Positions 10,804 to 21,238 of a stretch of DNA of 64,000 nt are shown here, piece after piece. The notes below the pieces were generated by a model. The model saw only the letters and a program-made list of their open reading frames with translations, had not been told where the DNA came from and ran no database searches. Numbering within the stretch: position 1 is the first letter of the stretch; each line of letters starts with the position of its first letter. The DNA is from Myxococcales bacterium. GTDB taxonomy: Bacteria; Desulfobacterota; Binatia; HRBIN30. Made by a program: the position numbers and the translations under genes. The DNA lies in contig JBBILD010000013.1 in the NCBI GenBank assembly GCA_037445065.1, forward strand, positions 34,992-98,991, in the 5' to 3' direction.

Positions 10804-13257
10804 ATGGAAGCCAGGCGGATCAACCCTGACCTGTGGCGCGGGGTGGACCCCGTGTGCGGCATGCAGGTCGATCCTGACCACCCCAAGGGCGGCACGTACG
10901 AATGGGAGGGGGGCCGTTTCGGGTTTTGCAACCCGCGCTGCCGCGAGAAGTTCGCTGCCGCGCCTGAGGCGTATCTGTTCACCCGCGACCCGGTGTGCGG
11001 CATGAAAGTGCCATTGCGCGGGTCGGCTGGCGGGAGCTTGCAGCACGAGGGCCAAACGTACGCCTTCTGCAGCGATCGCTGCCGGCAGCAATTCGAGTCC
11101 TCTCCACCTCGCCCGCCCGCGCCAGAGTCCACCGAGTACACCTGCCCCATGCATCCGGAGGTCCGCCAAGTGGGGCCAGGCAGTTGCCCGCTCTGCGGCA
11201 TGGCGCTCGAGCCCGTGGATGTCACGGCAAGCGAGGAAAACCCGGAGCTGCGCGACCTGCGCTGGCGGCTGTGGCTCGGTGTGCTGTTCACTGTGCCTCT
11301 TCTCGCGTTGGCCATGGGTCCCATGCTGCCCGGGCTGCAACTTTTCCATGCGGTGCCGGAACAGGTGCGCAACATCGCGCAGCTCCTGCTCGCAACTCCG
11401 GTGGTGTGGGTATCGGGCTGGGTGTTTCTGCAGCGCGCTTACCAGTCGGTGCAGTTGCGCAGTCCGAACATGTTCACGTTGATCGGCTTGGGGGTCATGG
11501 CGGCGTGGGGCTACAGCGTGGTGGCTGCGCTCTTTCCTTCCGTTTTGCCGGAGCAGGCGCTCGCCAACGGGCATGTGCCGGTCTACTTCGAAGCCGCGGC
11601 GGCCATTGTGGTCTTGGTCCTCGCCGGGCAAGTCCTCGAACTCCGGGCTCGCCAGCGCACGGGCGCGGCGGTGCGCGCCTTGCTCTCGCTCGTACCTCCG
11701 AGCGTGGTCCGCATCGAGGCGGACGGCAGCGAGCGCGCCGTCCCCGTGGCTGTGCTGCGGCCCGGCGATCGCGTGCGGGTGCGAGCCGGGGAAAGCATCC
11801 CGGTGGACGGCGTGGTTGTGGAAGGTCAAAGTGCGGTGAACGAATCGCTGCTCACCGGCGAGTCCATGCCGGTTACCAAAGCCCCTGGGGATCCGGTGAC
11901 CGCAGGAACGATCAACACCAACGGCTCGATCATCATGCGCGCCGAGCGGGTGGGAGCGGACACGGTGCTGGCCCAGATGATCCGCTTCGTTCAAGAGGCG
12001 CAACGGAGCCGGGTTCCCATGCAGAGGCTGGTAGACCGCGTGGCGGCGGTGTTCGTCATCGCAGTGGTGGTGGTGGCCGCGGCGACCTTCGTGGCTTGGT
12101 TGGTGTGGGGACCGCCACCGCAACTCGCCTATGCGCTCGTGAATTCCGTTGCCGTCCTGATCATCGCCTGCCCGTGCGCCCTCGGTTTGGCCACTCCGAT
12201 GTCGGTCATGGTTGCCACTGGGCGAGCCGCGCAACTCGGCATTCTCGTGCGTGATGCCCAGGCGCTCGAGCGCATGGAGCAAGTGAACGTGGTGCTGGTG
12301 GACAAAACCGGAACCATCACCGAAGGCCAACCCGAGGTGTTACGGGTCCGGCTCCTCGAAGGCTTCACCGAGCCCGAAGTCCTGCGCATGGCGGCCAGCT
12401 TGGAAAAAGCAAGTTCGCACCCGCTGGCCGCAGCGATTTTGCGCAAAGCGCAAAGTTACCACCTTCCTCTGGCTCCACCCTCGCAAGTGGAAGAGTTTCC
12501 AGGATCCGGCGTGGCGGGCACTGTGGAAGGAGCGCAGGTGGTGGTGGGCACTGTGCCCCTCCTCCGCAACCTCGGGATTCCTGCTTGCGAGGCGCTTTGG
12601 GAAAGCTCCGAGGAGCTGCGCCGGGCTGGCTACACCGTCGCTGTCGTTGCGCTGGGAGGCCGGCCCGCAGCGCTGCTCGCCATCGCCGACCCCATCCGGC
12701 CGAGCGCACGCGAGGCGGTCACGGCGCTGCGCAAGGACGGTGTGCTGGTGGTGATGGTCACCGGGGACAATCCGTACGTGGCGCAAGCCGTGGCGGAGCA
12801 AGTCGGCATCATCGCTTGGCTCTGCGAAGTGAAGCCGGAGGACAAGGCAGACTGGGTCCGCCGCTACCGCGACCAGCACAAGATCGTGGCCATGGTGGGC
12901 GACGGCATCAACGACGCACCGGCACTGGCCACCGCGCATGTAGGGATCGCGGTTGCCAGCGGAACCGACATTGCCAAAGTGACCGCGGCGGTCACGCTCC
13001 TCCACAGCGATTTGCGCGGAGTGGTTCGGCTCCGGGAGCTGAGCAAAGCGACCATGCGCAACATCCGGCAAAATCTCTTCCTGGCCTTTGGCTACAACGC
13101 CCTGGCCATCCCGATCGCGGCAGGCGTGTTGTATCCGGATTTTGGGCTCCTGCTGAATCCGATGATTGCCGCTGCGGCGATGAGCTTGAGCTCGGTGTCG
13201 GTGGTCAGCAACGCCTTGCGCCTGCAACGCGTGCGCCTCTCGTTCCGCCGCGAGTGA
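10804..13257 (+). CDS. copA: Cu(I)-exporting P1B-type ATPase with two YHS domains and a heavy-metal-binding domain
   Basis: DPVCGM twice, YTCPMHP, TGES, CPCALG, DKTGT, GDGINDAP, YN and MSLSS motifs. Confidence 0.95.
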   Translation: MEARRINPDLWRGVDPVCGMQVDPDHPKGGTYEWEGGRFGFCNPRCREKFAAAPEAYLFTRDPVCGMKVPLRGSAGGSLQHEGQTYAFCSDRCRQQFESSPPRPPAPESTEYTCPMHPEVRQVGPGSCPLCGMALEPVDVTASEENPELRDLRWRLWLGVLFTVPLLALAMGPMLPGLQLFHAVPEQVRNIAQLLLATPVVWVSGWVFLQRAYQSVQLRSPNMFTLIGLGVMAAWGYSVVAALFPSVLPEQALANGHVPVYFEAAAAIVVLVLAGQVLELRARQRTGAAVRALLSLVPPSVVRIEADGSERAVPVAVLRPGDRVRVRAGESIPVDGVVVEGQSAVNESLLTGESMPVTKAPGDPVTAGTINTNGSIIMRAERVGADTVLAQMIRFVQEAQRSRVPMQRLVDRVAAVFVIAVVVVAAATFVAWLVWGPPPQLAYALVNSVAVLIIACPCALGLATPMSVMVATGRAAQLGILVRDAQALERMEQVNVVLVDKTGTITEGQPEVLRVRLLEGFTEPEVLRMAASLEKASSHPLAAAILRKAQSYHLPLAPPSQVEEFPGSGVAGTVEGAQVVVGTVPLLRNLGIPACEALWESSEELRRAGYTVAVVALGGRPAALLAIADPIRPSAREAVTALRKDGVLVVMVTGDNPYVAQAVAEQVGIIAWLCEVKPEDKADWVRRYRDQHKIVAMVGDGINDAPALATAHVGIAVASGTDIAKVTAAVTLLHSDLRGVVRLRELSKATMRNIRQNLFLAFGYNALAIPIAAGVLYPDFGLLLNPMIAAAAMSLSSVSVVSNALRLQRVRLSFRRE

Positions 13258-13273
13258 CGACCATGCTGCGCCC

Positions 13274-14836
13274 TTACGGAGGAACGATGCGGAAGATCTC
13301 GCCGCCGAGATCCACGATGTAGAGTTCCCCCCGCGCATCCTCCCCGAACGAGGCAATCTGATCAATGGAAACGCCGCTGCTCTCCAGTTCAGCCGTGCGA
13401 TCCTGGTGATCCGTGGCCACTCCCCCCACCACTCGGAAGGTGCGCACGAAGGCGGAGCAAAAGTCCCCGTAGAAGTACGTGCCGTGCAAATCGGGCATCT
13501 TGCAGCCACGGTAGACGTATCCGCCGGTGACCGAGCAACCCTGCGTGTGATCGTATTCGTGAATGGGGTTCACGAATGGGCTGGGGTCGCAGGAAGCGCT
13601 ACTCGGGAAACAGTGCGCGTTTCCTTCCACGATGTTCCAGCCGTAGTTCGCCCCGCCAGCAAAGCCGGCTGGCTGGAAGTTCATTTCCTCGAAGCGGTTC
13701 TGCCCCACATCGGCAATGTACAAGTCTCCGTTCTGGCGGTCGAAACTGTACCGCCACGGATTACGCAACCCGAGTGCCCAAATTTCGTCCAGGGGTGGTC
13801 CTGAACCCACGAAGGGATTGGACGGCGGGATGCCGTACGGGGAGGCGGCGTCCACGTCGATGCGCAGCATCTTTCCCAGAAACGTCGAAGGGTTTTGCGC
13901 GTTCCCCTGCGGGTCCCCCGCGCTGCCTCCGTCGCCGAGGCCGATGTACAAGTATCCGTCCGGACCAAAGGCCAAGTGCCCTCCGTTGTGATTGGCAAAG
14001 GGCTGGTTCACCTGGAGTACGACGGTGGCGGAAGTGGGATCTGCCACGTCGGGGTCGGACGACACGCGATAGCGGGCCACCACCGTGTGGCCGCTCGTGT
14101 TGGTGTAGTTCACGAAAAAGTAGCCGTTCTCCGCGTAACGCGGGTGGAACGCGAGGCCGAGCAGACCCTGCTCGGGCCCGGTCGAAACCTGCCCGGCCAG
14201 GTTGAGGAAGGGTGTGGGCAGCAACGCACCCCACTTGAGGATGCGGATGCGGCCGGTCTTCTCCACAATGAACAAGCGGCTTACGTCGCGCGGCGGCGCA
14301 GTAACGAACACCGGCTGGGAAAGCCCGCTGATCACCCGCTCGGCACGTACCGCAGTGCCGCTCACGGGCACCACCCCCGCGCACACATCGTTGCAAGCAC
14401 CGCCCTCGATCTGGCAAGTGGGTGAGCACAGGTCGCCGGGGGTCAAGTTCCCATCGTCACACTGCTCGCCCGGTTCGAGCACGCCGTTGCCGCACGCCGC
14501 CGAGGTGCACACGTGCGCAAAGCCACTGCCGAGCAGGGAGGTATACGAGAGGCCACTGCCGATCAGTGCTGAGCGCGCTAAGCAGTCGAGGCGGGCTGGG
14601 TTTTCCGCCGGGCATCGCTCCACCAGGCGTGCCGCCAGGATGTCCAACGCGCGGTTGAGCCGATCGCATTGGAACCCGCGCGGCAAGCGGTGGACCACGC
14701 ATTTGCGGGCGCTGTTCATCACCGCGCTCACGTAGCGAGCCGCGCGGCTCTCGCAGGTCTCGATCCCAGCCCGACCCGGCGCCGCCAAGCACAGCGACGC
14801 CAGCGATCCCCAAAGCAGAACGGCACGAGTACGCAT
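13274..14836 (-). CDS. Secreted PQQ-dependent sugar (glucose/sorbosone) dehydrogenase-family protein with a myxococcal Cys-rich repeat
   Basis: Signal peptide; CGNGVLEPGEQCDDGN repeat; EQGLLGLAFHP, NHNGG, GDGG, GLRNPWR. Confidence 0.88.
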   Translation of the reverse strand: MRTRAVLLWGSLASLCLAAPGRAGIETCESRAARYVSAVMNSARKCVVHRLPRGFQCDRLNRALDILAARLVERCPAENPARLDCLARSALIGSGLSYTSLLGSGFAHVCTSAACGNGVLEPGEQCDDGNLTPGDLCSPTCQIEGGACNDVCAGVVPVSGTAVRAERVISGLSQPVFVTAPPRDVSRLFIVEKTGRIRILKWGALLPTPFLNLAGQVSTGPEQGLLGLAFHPRYAENGYFFVNYTNTSGHTVVARYRVSSDPDVADPTSATVVLQVNQPFANHNGGHLAFGPDGYLYIGLGDGGSAGDPQGNAQNPSTFLGKMLRIDVDAASPYGIPPSNPFVGSGPPLDEIWALGLRNPWRYSFDRQNGDLYIADVGQNRFEEMNFQPAGFAGGANYGWNIVEGNAHCFPSSASCDPSPFVNPIHEYDHTQGCSVTGGYVYRGCKMPDLHGTYFYGDFCSAFVRTFRVVGGVATDHQDRTAELESSGVSIDQIASFGEDARGELYIVDLGGEIFRIVPP

Positions 14837-15179
14837 GGGACTCTCCCTCCCCGGAATGTGAACCTCATTCTACGCGACGACCTGCCCAAGGAAAGCGGAT
14901 TTTTTGCCCCCAACCCTTCGGCGAGCGCATCGGAGTGCTCCGCAACCACGCATCCTCGCCGAGCCCGCCAGCGAAACGGGTGAGCTCTCAGGTTCGCTTG
15001 AGTTCCAAACCGCATCGTCTTCCGTATATGGGTAGCAGGGCTGCCTGCGTCCGAGCGAGAAGATCCGCGGTATCAGAGCACGAAGGCGTGTGACAAAGCA
15101 GAAAACTGGGTTGCCGCGAAGATTGCCCAGCGCCGCCGCGTCCCTTCGCCAGGCCGCGGCCGCGATACGTGCCGAAACT

Positions 15180-16030
15180 CTGTCAGGGCGGCCCGCGCGC
15201 CGTGCACGCCCGACACCACGGGCGGCCACAAGGGCCGCACGTACAGAGCCCAGGCGGCACCGGTGCCGGTGGCATGGCACGCCCGCGCCAAGGAAATGTA
15301 GGGGCAGGCCTTGTGCCTGCCCGTGTTGCAAATCGAACCGAATGCCCAAATGGTACCGCGGGCGGCGTGCGGTGTGTCACCACGACGCGGGTGTCCGCGC
15401 AACGCTGGTGCGGTGGGTGTCCATGCAACCAAGGCACGCTGCCACGGCCTCGGCCTGCCCGATCAAGGCCCCGTGCACGACCGGCACCACGGGCGGCCAC
15501 AAGGGCCGCCCCTACATCCACGATCGAACCACCGTGCCGGCGGGTACGCCCATTCGCCATTCGCAATGCACCGCTCGCCGCGGGCACCCACCAGGGTGGG
15601 CCCTGCATGTCCGAGGGGGCACCGGTCTAGCGACGTGCCTCCGGGCGCCACCACAAGGTGGGTGTCTACGAAACGTGCACTCGTGCCGATGTGGTCGCAC
15701 GCCATCGCCAAGGACAGGAAATGTAGGGGCAGGGCTTGTGCCTGCCCGTGCCGCGAATCCGACGGGATGCCGCATCGCAGGGTACCCACCGCATCAGGTC
15801 GTGGTGCGGCACGCCCGATCGGACCACAAATGCCGAATCGCACCACGGGCGGCCACAAGGGCCGCCCCTACACCACTTGGGGACGCGGTCCCGGGTCGGG
15901 GGCCCCATCGCAAAGTGGGTGTCCACGGAACGCGCGCACGTGCCGTACCCCCATTCACCATTTGCCCGGCCCACCGCTCGCTGCTCCCCGCTCGCTGTTC
16001 GCTCTTATAAGGGCCGCCCCTACGAACTGC
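15180..16030. repeat. Composite REP/BIME-like repeat cluster 1
   Basis: GTAG-footed palindromes at 15220-15244, 15298-15322, 15491-15515, 15723-15747, 15847-15871 and a partial copy at 16007-16023; GTGGGTGTCC motifs; CATTCGC repeats. Confidence 0.85.
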
Positions 16031-16112
16031 CGAAGATGAGAACTTCCAGATCCGCGCCTCCAAAAGCGCAAGGTCGCGCGCGAGCCTCCGGCCAGCGGGC
16101 GCAAGGGCGCAC

Positions 16113-17342
16113 TCAGGTGCGGTACGCGGCGTTGAAGTGGACGTAGTCGGGCGTCAGGTCCGAGCAAAACCTGCGACTCGACGCCTTTCCCGCGCCCAAG
16201 TCAATCCGCAGCGTAAACTCCTCGCGAGCCACGATGGCGGCTGCCTCTTGTTCCACAGCCAGAACCAGTTCGCGCCCGCCGCGCACCACTTCGAGGCCGT
16301 CGAGCCAGATCCGCAAACGCTGCGGCTCGAAGTACGCGCCGCTGTACCCGAGGGCGCACACCACTCGCCCCATGTACGGATCGCCACCATGAAACGCAGC
16401 CTTACACAGGGGCGAGCGCGCTACGGCATCGGCCGCGCGTTCGGCATCGCGCGCGTTCTTGGCTCCGCGCACTTCCACCACGACCAGCCGCGAGGCGCCT
16501 TCGCCGTCGCGCACGACCAACCGTGCGAGCTCCTCCATCACCTCCCAAAACGCCTGGCGCAAGCGCGCAAAGGATGTGGAACGGAGGCCCACTGGTTCGT
16601 GCTCGACGGCACCGCTGGCGAGCAACACCACGGTGTCGTTGGTACTGGTGTCGCCATCCACCACGGCCGCGTTAAACGAGCGGGGCAGGCCACCGCGTAA
16701 AATCGCCGCCAGCGCCGCGCCATCGAGTTTGGCATCCGTCAGCAGGTAGGCGAGCAAGGTCGCGTGTGGGGCAAGGCGCATTTTCGGGGCAATCATCCCG
16801 GCGCCTTTGGCCATTCCCGCCACGGTCACGGCGGCGCCATGGACCTCGACTTGGCGCACGGCAAACTTGGGAAAGGCATCGGTGGTCATGATCGCGTCCA
16901 AGGCATCATGGAAGTGATCCGGCGCAAGCGCGCGCGCGGCAGCACGGATGCCGCGCTCTACTGCGTCCATCGGTAACGGCACCCCTATGCGGCCAGTGGA
17001 GCTGGGCAGAATCCAGCGCTCGCCAATGCCCAAGGCGGAGGCCGCCACACGGCACATGGCGCGCGCGTCGGCCACACCCTGTCGCCCGGTAAACGCGTTT
17101 GCGTTGCCACTGTTGACCACGATGGCCTGCAAGCGAAACGGCTGATGCCGTGCCCGCTCGAGTCCGACCAGCACAGGAGCTGCCTTGACCCGGTTGGTGG
17201 TAAACGCAGCCGCAGCCGGAACGGGCCGCTCTGCGCAGATGATCGCCAGGTCTGGCCTCCCGGATTCTTTGATCCCGCACGCCACGCCTGCAAAGCGGAA
17301 TCCCCCCACACGCACTGGGGGTCTTCCCAGATCTACCCTCAT
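16113..17342 (-). CDS. argJ: Ornithine acetyltransferase / N-acetylglutamate synthase ArgJ
   Basis: FTTNRVKAAPV, NSGNANAFTG, SSTGRIG, IMTTD, KGAGMI, VDGDTSTND, DGEGA, NAAYRT. Confidence 0.95.
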   Translation of the reverse strand: MRVDLGRPPVRVGGFRFAGVACGIKESGRPDLAIICAERPVPAAAAFTTNRVKAAPVLVGLERARHQPFRLQAIVVNSGNANAFTGRQGVADARAMCRVAASALGIGERWILPSSTGRIGVPLPMDAVERGIRAAARALAPDHFHDALDAIMTTDAFPKFAVRQVEVHGAAVTVAGMAKGAGMIAPKMRLAPHATLLAYLLTDAKLDGAALAAILRGGLPRSFNAAVVDGDTSTNDTVVLLASGAVEHEPVGLRSTSFARLRQAFWEVMEELARLVVRDGEGASRLVVVEVRGAKNARDAERAADAVARSPLCKAAFHGGDPYMGRVVCALGYSGAYFEPQRLRIWLDGLEVVRGGRELVLAVEQEAAAIVAREEFTLRIDLGAGKASSRRFCSDLTPDYVHFNAAYRT

Positions 17343-17393
17343 CCCCTCTTCCTCGCCGGGCGCAGGATTACCGCCTGCGCGGCGCCAATTCCG

Positions 17394-20300
17394 TCACGAC
17401 CCGTGACACTTCTTGTACTTCTTGCCGCTACCGCACGGGCACGGGTCGTTGCGACCCACCTTGGGCACACCACGAGCGGGAGCGGCTGTTGCCGCTGCAC
17501 TGGCCACCACGCGCCGCACCTGTTGCGCCGGGTTGGCGGCCACCGGGGCCCCGCCGCCGCTCATTGCCAAGCGGGCTGGCTGCGGGCGGCGCTCCATTTG
17601 TTCCAAGTCTTGCTCCCGCGCAATTTGCACGGTGAAGATCTTTTCGACCACATCCCGCTCGAACTGTTGCATGAGGTTCTCGAACAGTTCGAACGCTTCC
17701 TTCTTGTACACTTGCAAGGGGTTTTGCTGCGCGTAGCCGCGCAGGCCGATGCCCTCCTTTAAGTGATCCATGGAGAGCAAGTGGTCTTTCCAAAGGTTGT
17801 CCAAAGTTTGCAGCAGGACGATTTTCTCGAGGTGGCGCAGGATCGGCGCCCCGAACGTTCGTTCCTTCTCTTCGTAATGCGCGCGCACTTGTTCGATCAG
17901 GCGCTGCTCCAGCTCCCCGACGGCGATCGAGCCCCGCTCCTCGGGCGAAATCTGGGGCCGGAAGGCAAAGGTTTTGTAGACCGTGTCATCCAGCGCTTGC
18001 CAATCCCACTCGCTGGGCGGGGTGTCCTTGTCCGTGTACTGCTCGATGAGATCCAGCAGCACGTTTTCGGCCATGTCGAGCAAGTCGCGCTTTAAATTCT
18101 CGCGCGCCAAAATTTCCCGCCGTCGAGTGTAAATCACTTCGCGCTGCTGGTTCATGACGTCGTCGTACTCCAGCAAGTGCTTGCGGATATCGAAGTTGTG
18201 GGCTTCCACTTTAGACTGCGCGTTGGCGACGGCGCGAGAGATGAGCCGGTGCTCGATGGGCTCCCCTTCTTCCATGCCGAGCCGCGTCATGAGGCCCTGG
18301 ATGCGGTCGGCCCCGAAGATGCGCAGCAAATCGTCTTCCAAGGAAAGATAGAACCGTGAAGCGCCGGGATCGCCTTGGCGTCCCGACCGGCCCCGCAACT
18401 GGTTATCGATCCGCCGACTCTCGTGCCGCTCCGTGCCGATGATCATGAGGCCGCCCGCCGCAATGACCTTTTCTCTCTCCTCGGCGCAAAGCTTCTGGTA
18501 GCGGGTGAGGATTTCCTGATAGCGCTCTTGGATCGTGTCGGTTGCCTTCTCCATTTCTTCGCGCACGTCTTCCACCACTTTGGTGTATTTGCGCCGCAAC
18601 TCTTCGTATTCCGCGTGCGCAGCAGCGACCGCCTCTTCGTATGGTTTGCGATACTCGAGGTAGGCCGCCTCCGCCTCGCGGAACTCGCGCTCGGTCTCTC
18701 GGTAAACGCGCTCAGCTTCGGCGAATTCCCTGCCATCCCCTTCGCTCTGCCGCAGCGCTTTTTGGATGGCTCGCTCGTAGTCCTGCCGCGCCCGTTCGAA
18801 CTGAGCGAGGGCAGCGCTCAAGCGGTTACTCTGCGCAGCGCCATTGCTAGCCGCCTCGCTGAAGGCCTGGATCATTTCCTCGAGTGCCTGCGCAAAACGC
18901 TGCTGCCCCTCTTCGCCCAAGAACGGACCGCACACGCGGTCAATTTCCTGCAGCGCCTCCGCGTACGTGCGGGCAGAGGCCACGCAACTCCCCGCCGCCT
19001 CCACCGAGGGCTCGTTTTGCCAGCGCCCGAGCGCGGCGAACATGGCCGCCCGTTCCTTCCAGAAGGCCGCCTCCAAGAAGGCACGGTGCGCCTCGGTGAG
19101 GCGGTGCAACGCATCGGCCTGCTTTTCTTCCCACGGCTTCCACAGGGGCTCGTACTGGCGGCGCGCCGCTTCGACTTTCTCCTCGTAGGCGTCGCGCAGC
19201 TTCTGCAGGACATCCTCGTAACGCTGGCCGCCTTGGGGAAGCCCTTGCGCACGCTGCAGCCACTCGTTTTCCATGTCGGCCCGCGCCAAAAACTCGGGGT
19301 TTCCGCCGAGCAAGATGTCGGTGCCGCGTCCGGCCATGTTGGTCGCGATGGTCACCGCTCCGAAGCGGCCCGCTTGCGCGATAATGTTCGCCTCCGCCTC
19401 GTGGTTCACGGCATTGAGCACGTTGTGTTTGATGCCGCGTTGTTTGAGCAGTTTCGACAAGCGTTCCGATTTTTCCACCGACACCGTACCCACCAGCACC
19501 GGCTGACCGCGCTGGTGGCATTCGGCCACTTGTTCGACCACCGCTTGGAACTTCTCGCGCTCGGTCTTGTACACCACGTCCGGGTAATCCACGCGGATCA
19601 TGGGCTTGTTGGGCGGGATAACCACCACGTCCAGCTTGTAGATCTTCTTGAACTCCACCGCTTCGGTGTCGGCGGTGCCAGTCATCCCCGCAAGTTTCTT
19701 GTACATGCGGAAGTAGTTTTGGATGGTGATCGTGGCGAGGGTTTGGTTTTCGCGCTCGATGCGCACCCCTTCTTTGGCCTCCACCGCCTGGTGTAAGCCA
19801 TCCGACCAGCGCCGCCCGGGCATGAGGCGGCCAGTGAACTCGTCCACAATGATCACCTGCCCGTCCTTGACGATGTAGTCCACGTCGCGCTGGAAGATGG
19901 CGTGCGCTTTCAGGGCTTGGTTGACGTGATGCAAAATGTCGATGTGCCGGGGGTCGTACAAATTGGTGATGCCGAGCAGTCGCTCCACCTTGGCCACGCC
20001 TTGCTCGGTTAGAACTGCGGTGCGCGCTTTTTCGTCCACCCAGTAATCGCCAGTCTCTTCCGGGCGCTCGTCCGGACTTTTCTTCTCCTTGCGTTCACCC
20101 CGCTTCAGGCGCGGAATGATGCGGTTGATCACGTAGTACTTCTCGGTGGACTCCTCGGCCGGACCGGAAATGATCAGCGGCGTGCGCGCTTCGTCAATGA
20201 GGATATTGTCCACCTCGTCCACGATCGCGTAGTTCAGCTCGCGTTGGACATACTCCTCCAAGCTGAACTTCATGTTGTCGCGCAGGTAATCGAAGCCGAA

Positions 20301-21041
20301 TTCGTGGTTCGTGCCGTACGTAATGTCAGCCGCATACGCCTCTTTGCGCTCGATCGGGCGCAGGTTGCGCATGCGGTAGTCCCGCACCACGTAGGTCGGA
20401 TCGAACAGGTAGCTCGCCTCGTGCACGATAGCGGCTACCGAAACTGCCAGCAGATGGTAAATCGGGCCCATCCACTGTACGTCGCGCCGCGCCAGGTAAT
20501 CGTTGACCGTTACCAAGTGGCAACCCCGCCCGGTGAGCGAGTTCAAGTACAACGGAGCCGTGGCCACCAGCGTTTTCCCTTCGCCGGTTTTCATTTCGGC
20601 GATGGCACCGCGGTGCAGCACGATACCGCCTAGCAACTGAACGTCGTAGTGACGAAGACCGGTGGTACGCTTCGATGCCTCGCGCACCAGCGCAAAGGCT
20701 TCGGGGAGAATCTCTTCGAGCACGGCTTCTTCGGCAGCGCGCAGCCGTTTTTCTGCTCTTTCCAACTCTTCGCGAAGCCGGTCTTCCTCGTCCGGATCCT
20801 CGATGTCGGTGGCGTCCGCTAACGAGCGCTGGCGCGCACGCAGCTCCTCGAGTTCGCGCCGCTCGAGCGCGGTTTGCTCTTGCACCAGCAGGCGGAACTC
20901 TGCCGTTCTCGCCCGCAATTCTTCATTCGAGCGGCCCGCGACCGATTCTTCCAACGCATTGATTCGCTCGACAATCGGCCAGAGTTTTTTGAGTTCCCGC
21001 TCGTTCTTTGTCCCGAAAATTTTCTTGATCAGGTTCAGCAT
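17394..21041 (-). CDS. secA: Preprotein translocase SecA (1215 aa, with insertions)
   Basis: [44 protein letters not shown]-terminal [13 protein letters not shown]. Confidence 0.98.
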   Translation of the reverse strand: MLNLIKKIFGTKNERELKKLWPIVERINALEESVAGRSNEELRARTAEFRLLVQEQTALERRELEELRARQRSLADATDIEDPDEEDRLREELERAEKRLRAAEEAVLEEILPEAFALVREASKRTTGLRHYDVQLLGGIVLHRGAIAEMKTGEGKTLVATAPLYLNSLTGRGCHLVTVNDYLARRDVQWMGPIYHLLAVSVAAIVHEASYLFDPTYVVRDYRMRNLRPIERKEAYAADITYGTNHEFGFDYLRDNMKFSLEEYVQRELNYAIVDEVDNILIDEARTPLIISGPAEESTEKYYVINRIIPRLKRGERKEKKSPDERPEETGDYWVDEKARTAVLTEQGVAKVERLLGITNLYDPRHIDILHHVNQALKAHAIFQRDVDYIVKDGQVIIVDEFTGRLMPGRRWSDGLHQAVEAKEGVRIERENQTLATITIQNYFRMYKKLAGMTGTADTEAVEFKKIYKLDVVVIPPNKPMIRVDYPDVVYKTEREKFQAVVEQVAECHQRGQPVLVGTVSVEKSERLSKLLKQRGIKHNVLNAVNHEAEANIIAQAGRFGAVTIATNMAGRGTDILLGGNPEFLARADMENEWLQRAQGLPQGGQRYEDVLQKLRDAYEEKVEAARRQYEPLWKPWEEKQADALHRLTEAHRAFLEAAFWKERAAMFAALGRWQNEPSVEAAGSCVASARTYAEALQEIDRVCGPFLGEEGQQRFAQALEEMIQAFSEAASNGAAQSNRLSAALAQFERARQDYERAIQKALRQSEGDGREFAEAERVYRETEREFREAEAAYLEYRKPYEEAVAAAHAEYEELRRKYTKVVEDVREEMEKATDTIQERYQEILTRYQKLCAEEREKVIAAGGLMIIGTERHESRRIDNQLRGRSGRQGDPGASRFYLSLEDDLLRIFGADRIQGLMTRLGMEEGEPIEHRLISRAVANAQSKVEAHNFDIRKHLLEYDDVMNQQREVIYTRRREILARENLKRDLLDMAENVLLDLIEQYTDKDTPPSEWDWQALDDTVYKTFAFRPQISPEERGSIAVGELEQRLIEQVRAHYEEKERTFGAPILRHLEKIVLLQTLDNLWKDHLLSMDHLKEGIGLRGYAQQNPLQVYKKEAFELFENLMQQFERDVVEKIFTVQIAREQDLEQMERRPQPARLAMSGGGAPVAANPAQQVRRVVASAAATAAPARGVPKVGRNDPCPCGSGKKYKKCHGS

Positions 21042-21238
21042 TGCCCTTTGCTCTTAGGCCGCGCCGGCCAGGCAGCCAAGCTCCCGCGCAGCGGCCCGCC
21101 GGGCCGATGAGCGCTGTGCCCACGCCGGCGGAGCATCCCTTTCCTCTCCTCCATTGCAACGACCGAGGGCTGACGTTAGCAGGGGCTGTGCGGGCGCGCA
21201 CGCGATCCGGCTGGTCCCCGCGCCTGCCGTCTCCTCGC

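Noticed and set aside
14940..15100. Glycine riboswitch-like fragments (CTCTCAGG, CGAAGG)
   Set aside because: Elements are in the wrong order, the GGAGA stem is missing, and there is no suitable downstream gene on that strand
15200..16030. CRISPR array interpretation of the recurring ~25-nt palindromes
   Set aside because: Copies alternate in orientation and type, spacing is irregular, spacers are homologous between clusters, and no cas genes are present
15073..16146. Multiple overlapping ORFs in the repeat clusters (also at 48639-49269, 52540-53207, 63350-63980)
   Set aside because: They are translations of the repeats (RAATRAAPT, VGAGLVPAR, HSPFAIR) open in several frames, with no protein-family motifs
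18483..19283. SecA insertion as an intein
   Set aside because: No Cys/Ser start block, no His-Asn end, no LAGLIDADG motif; composition is all-helical
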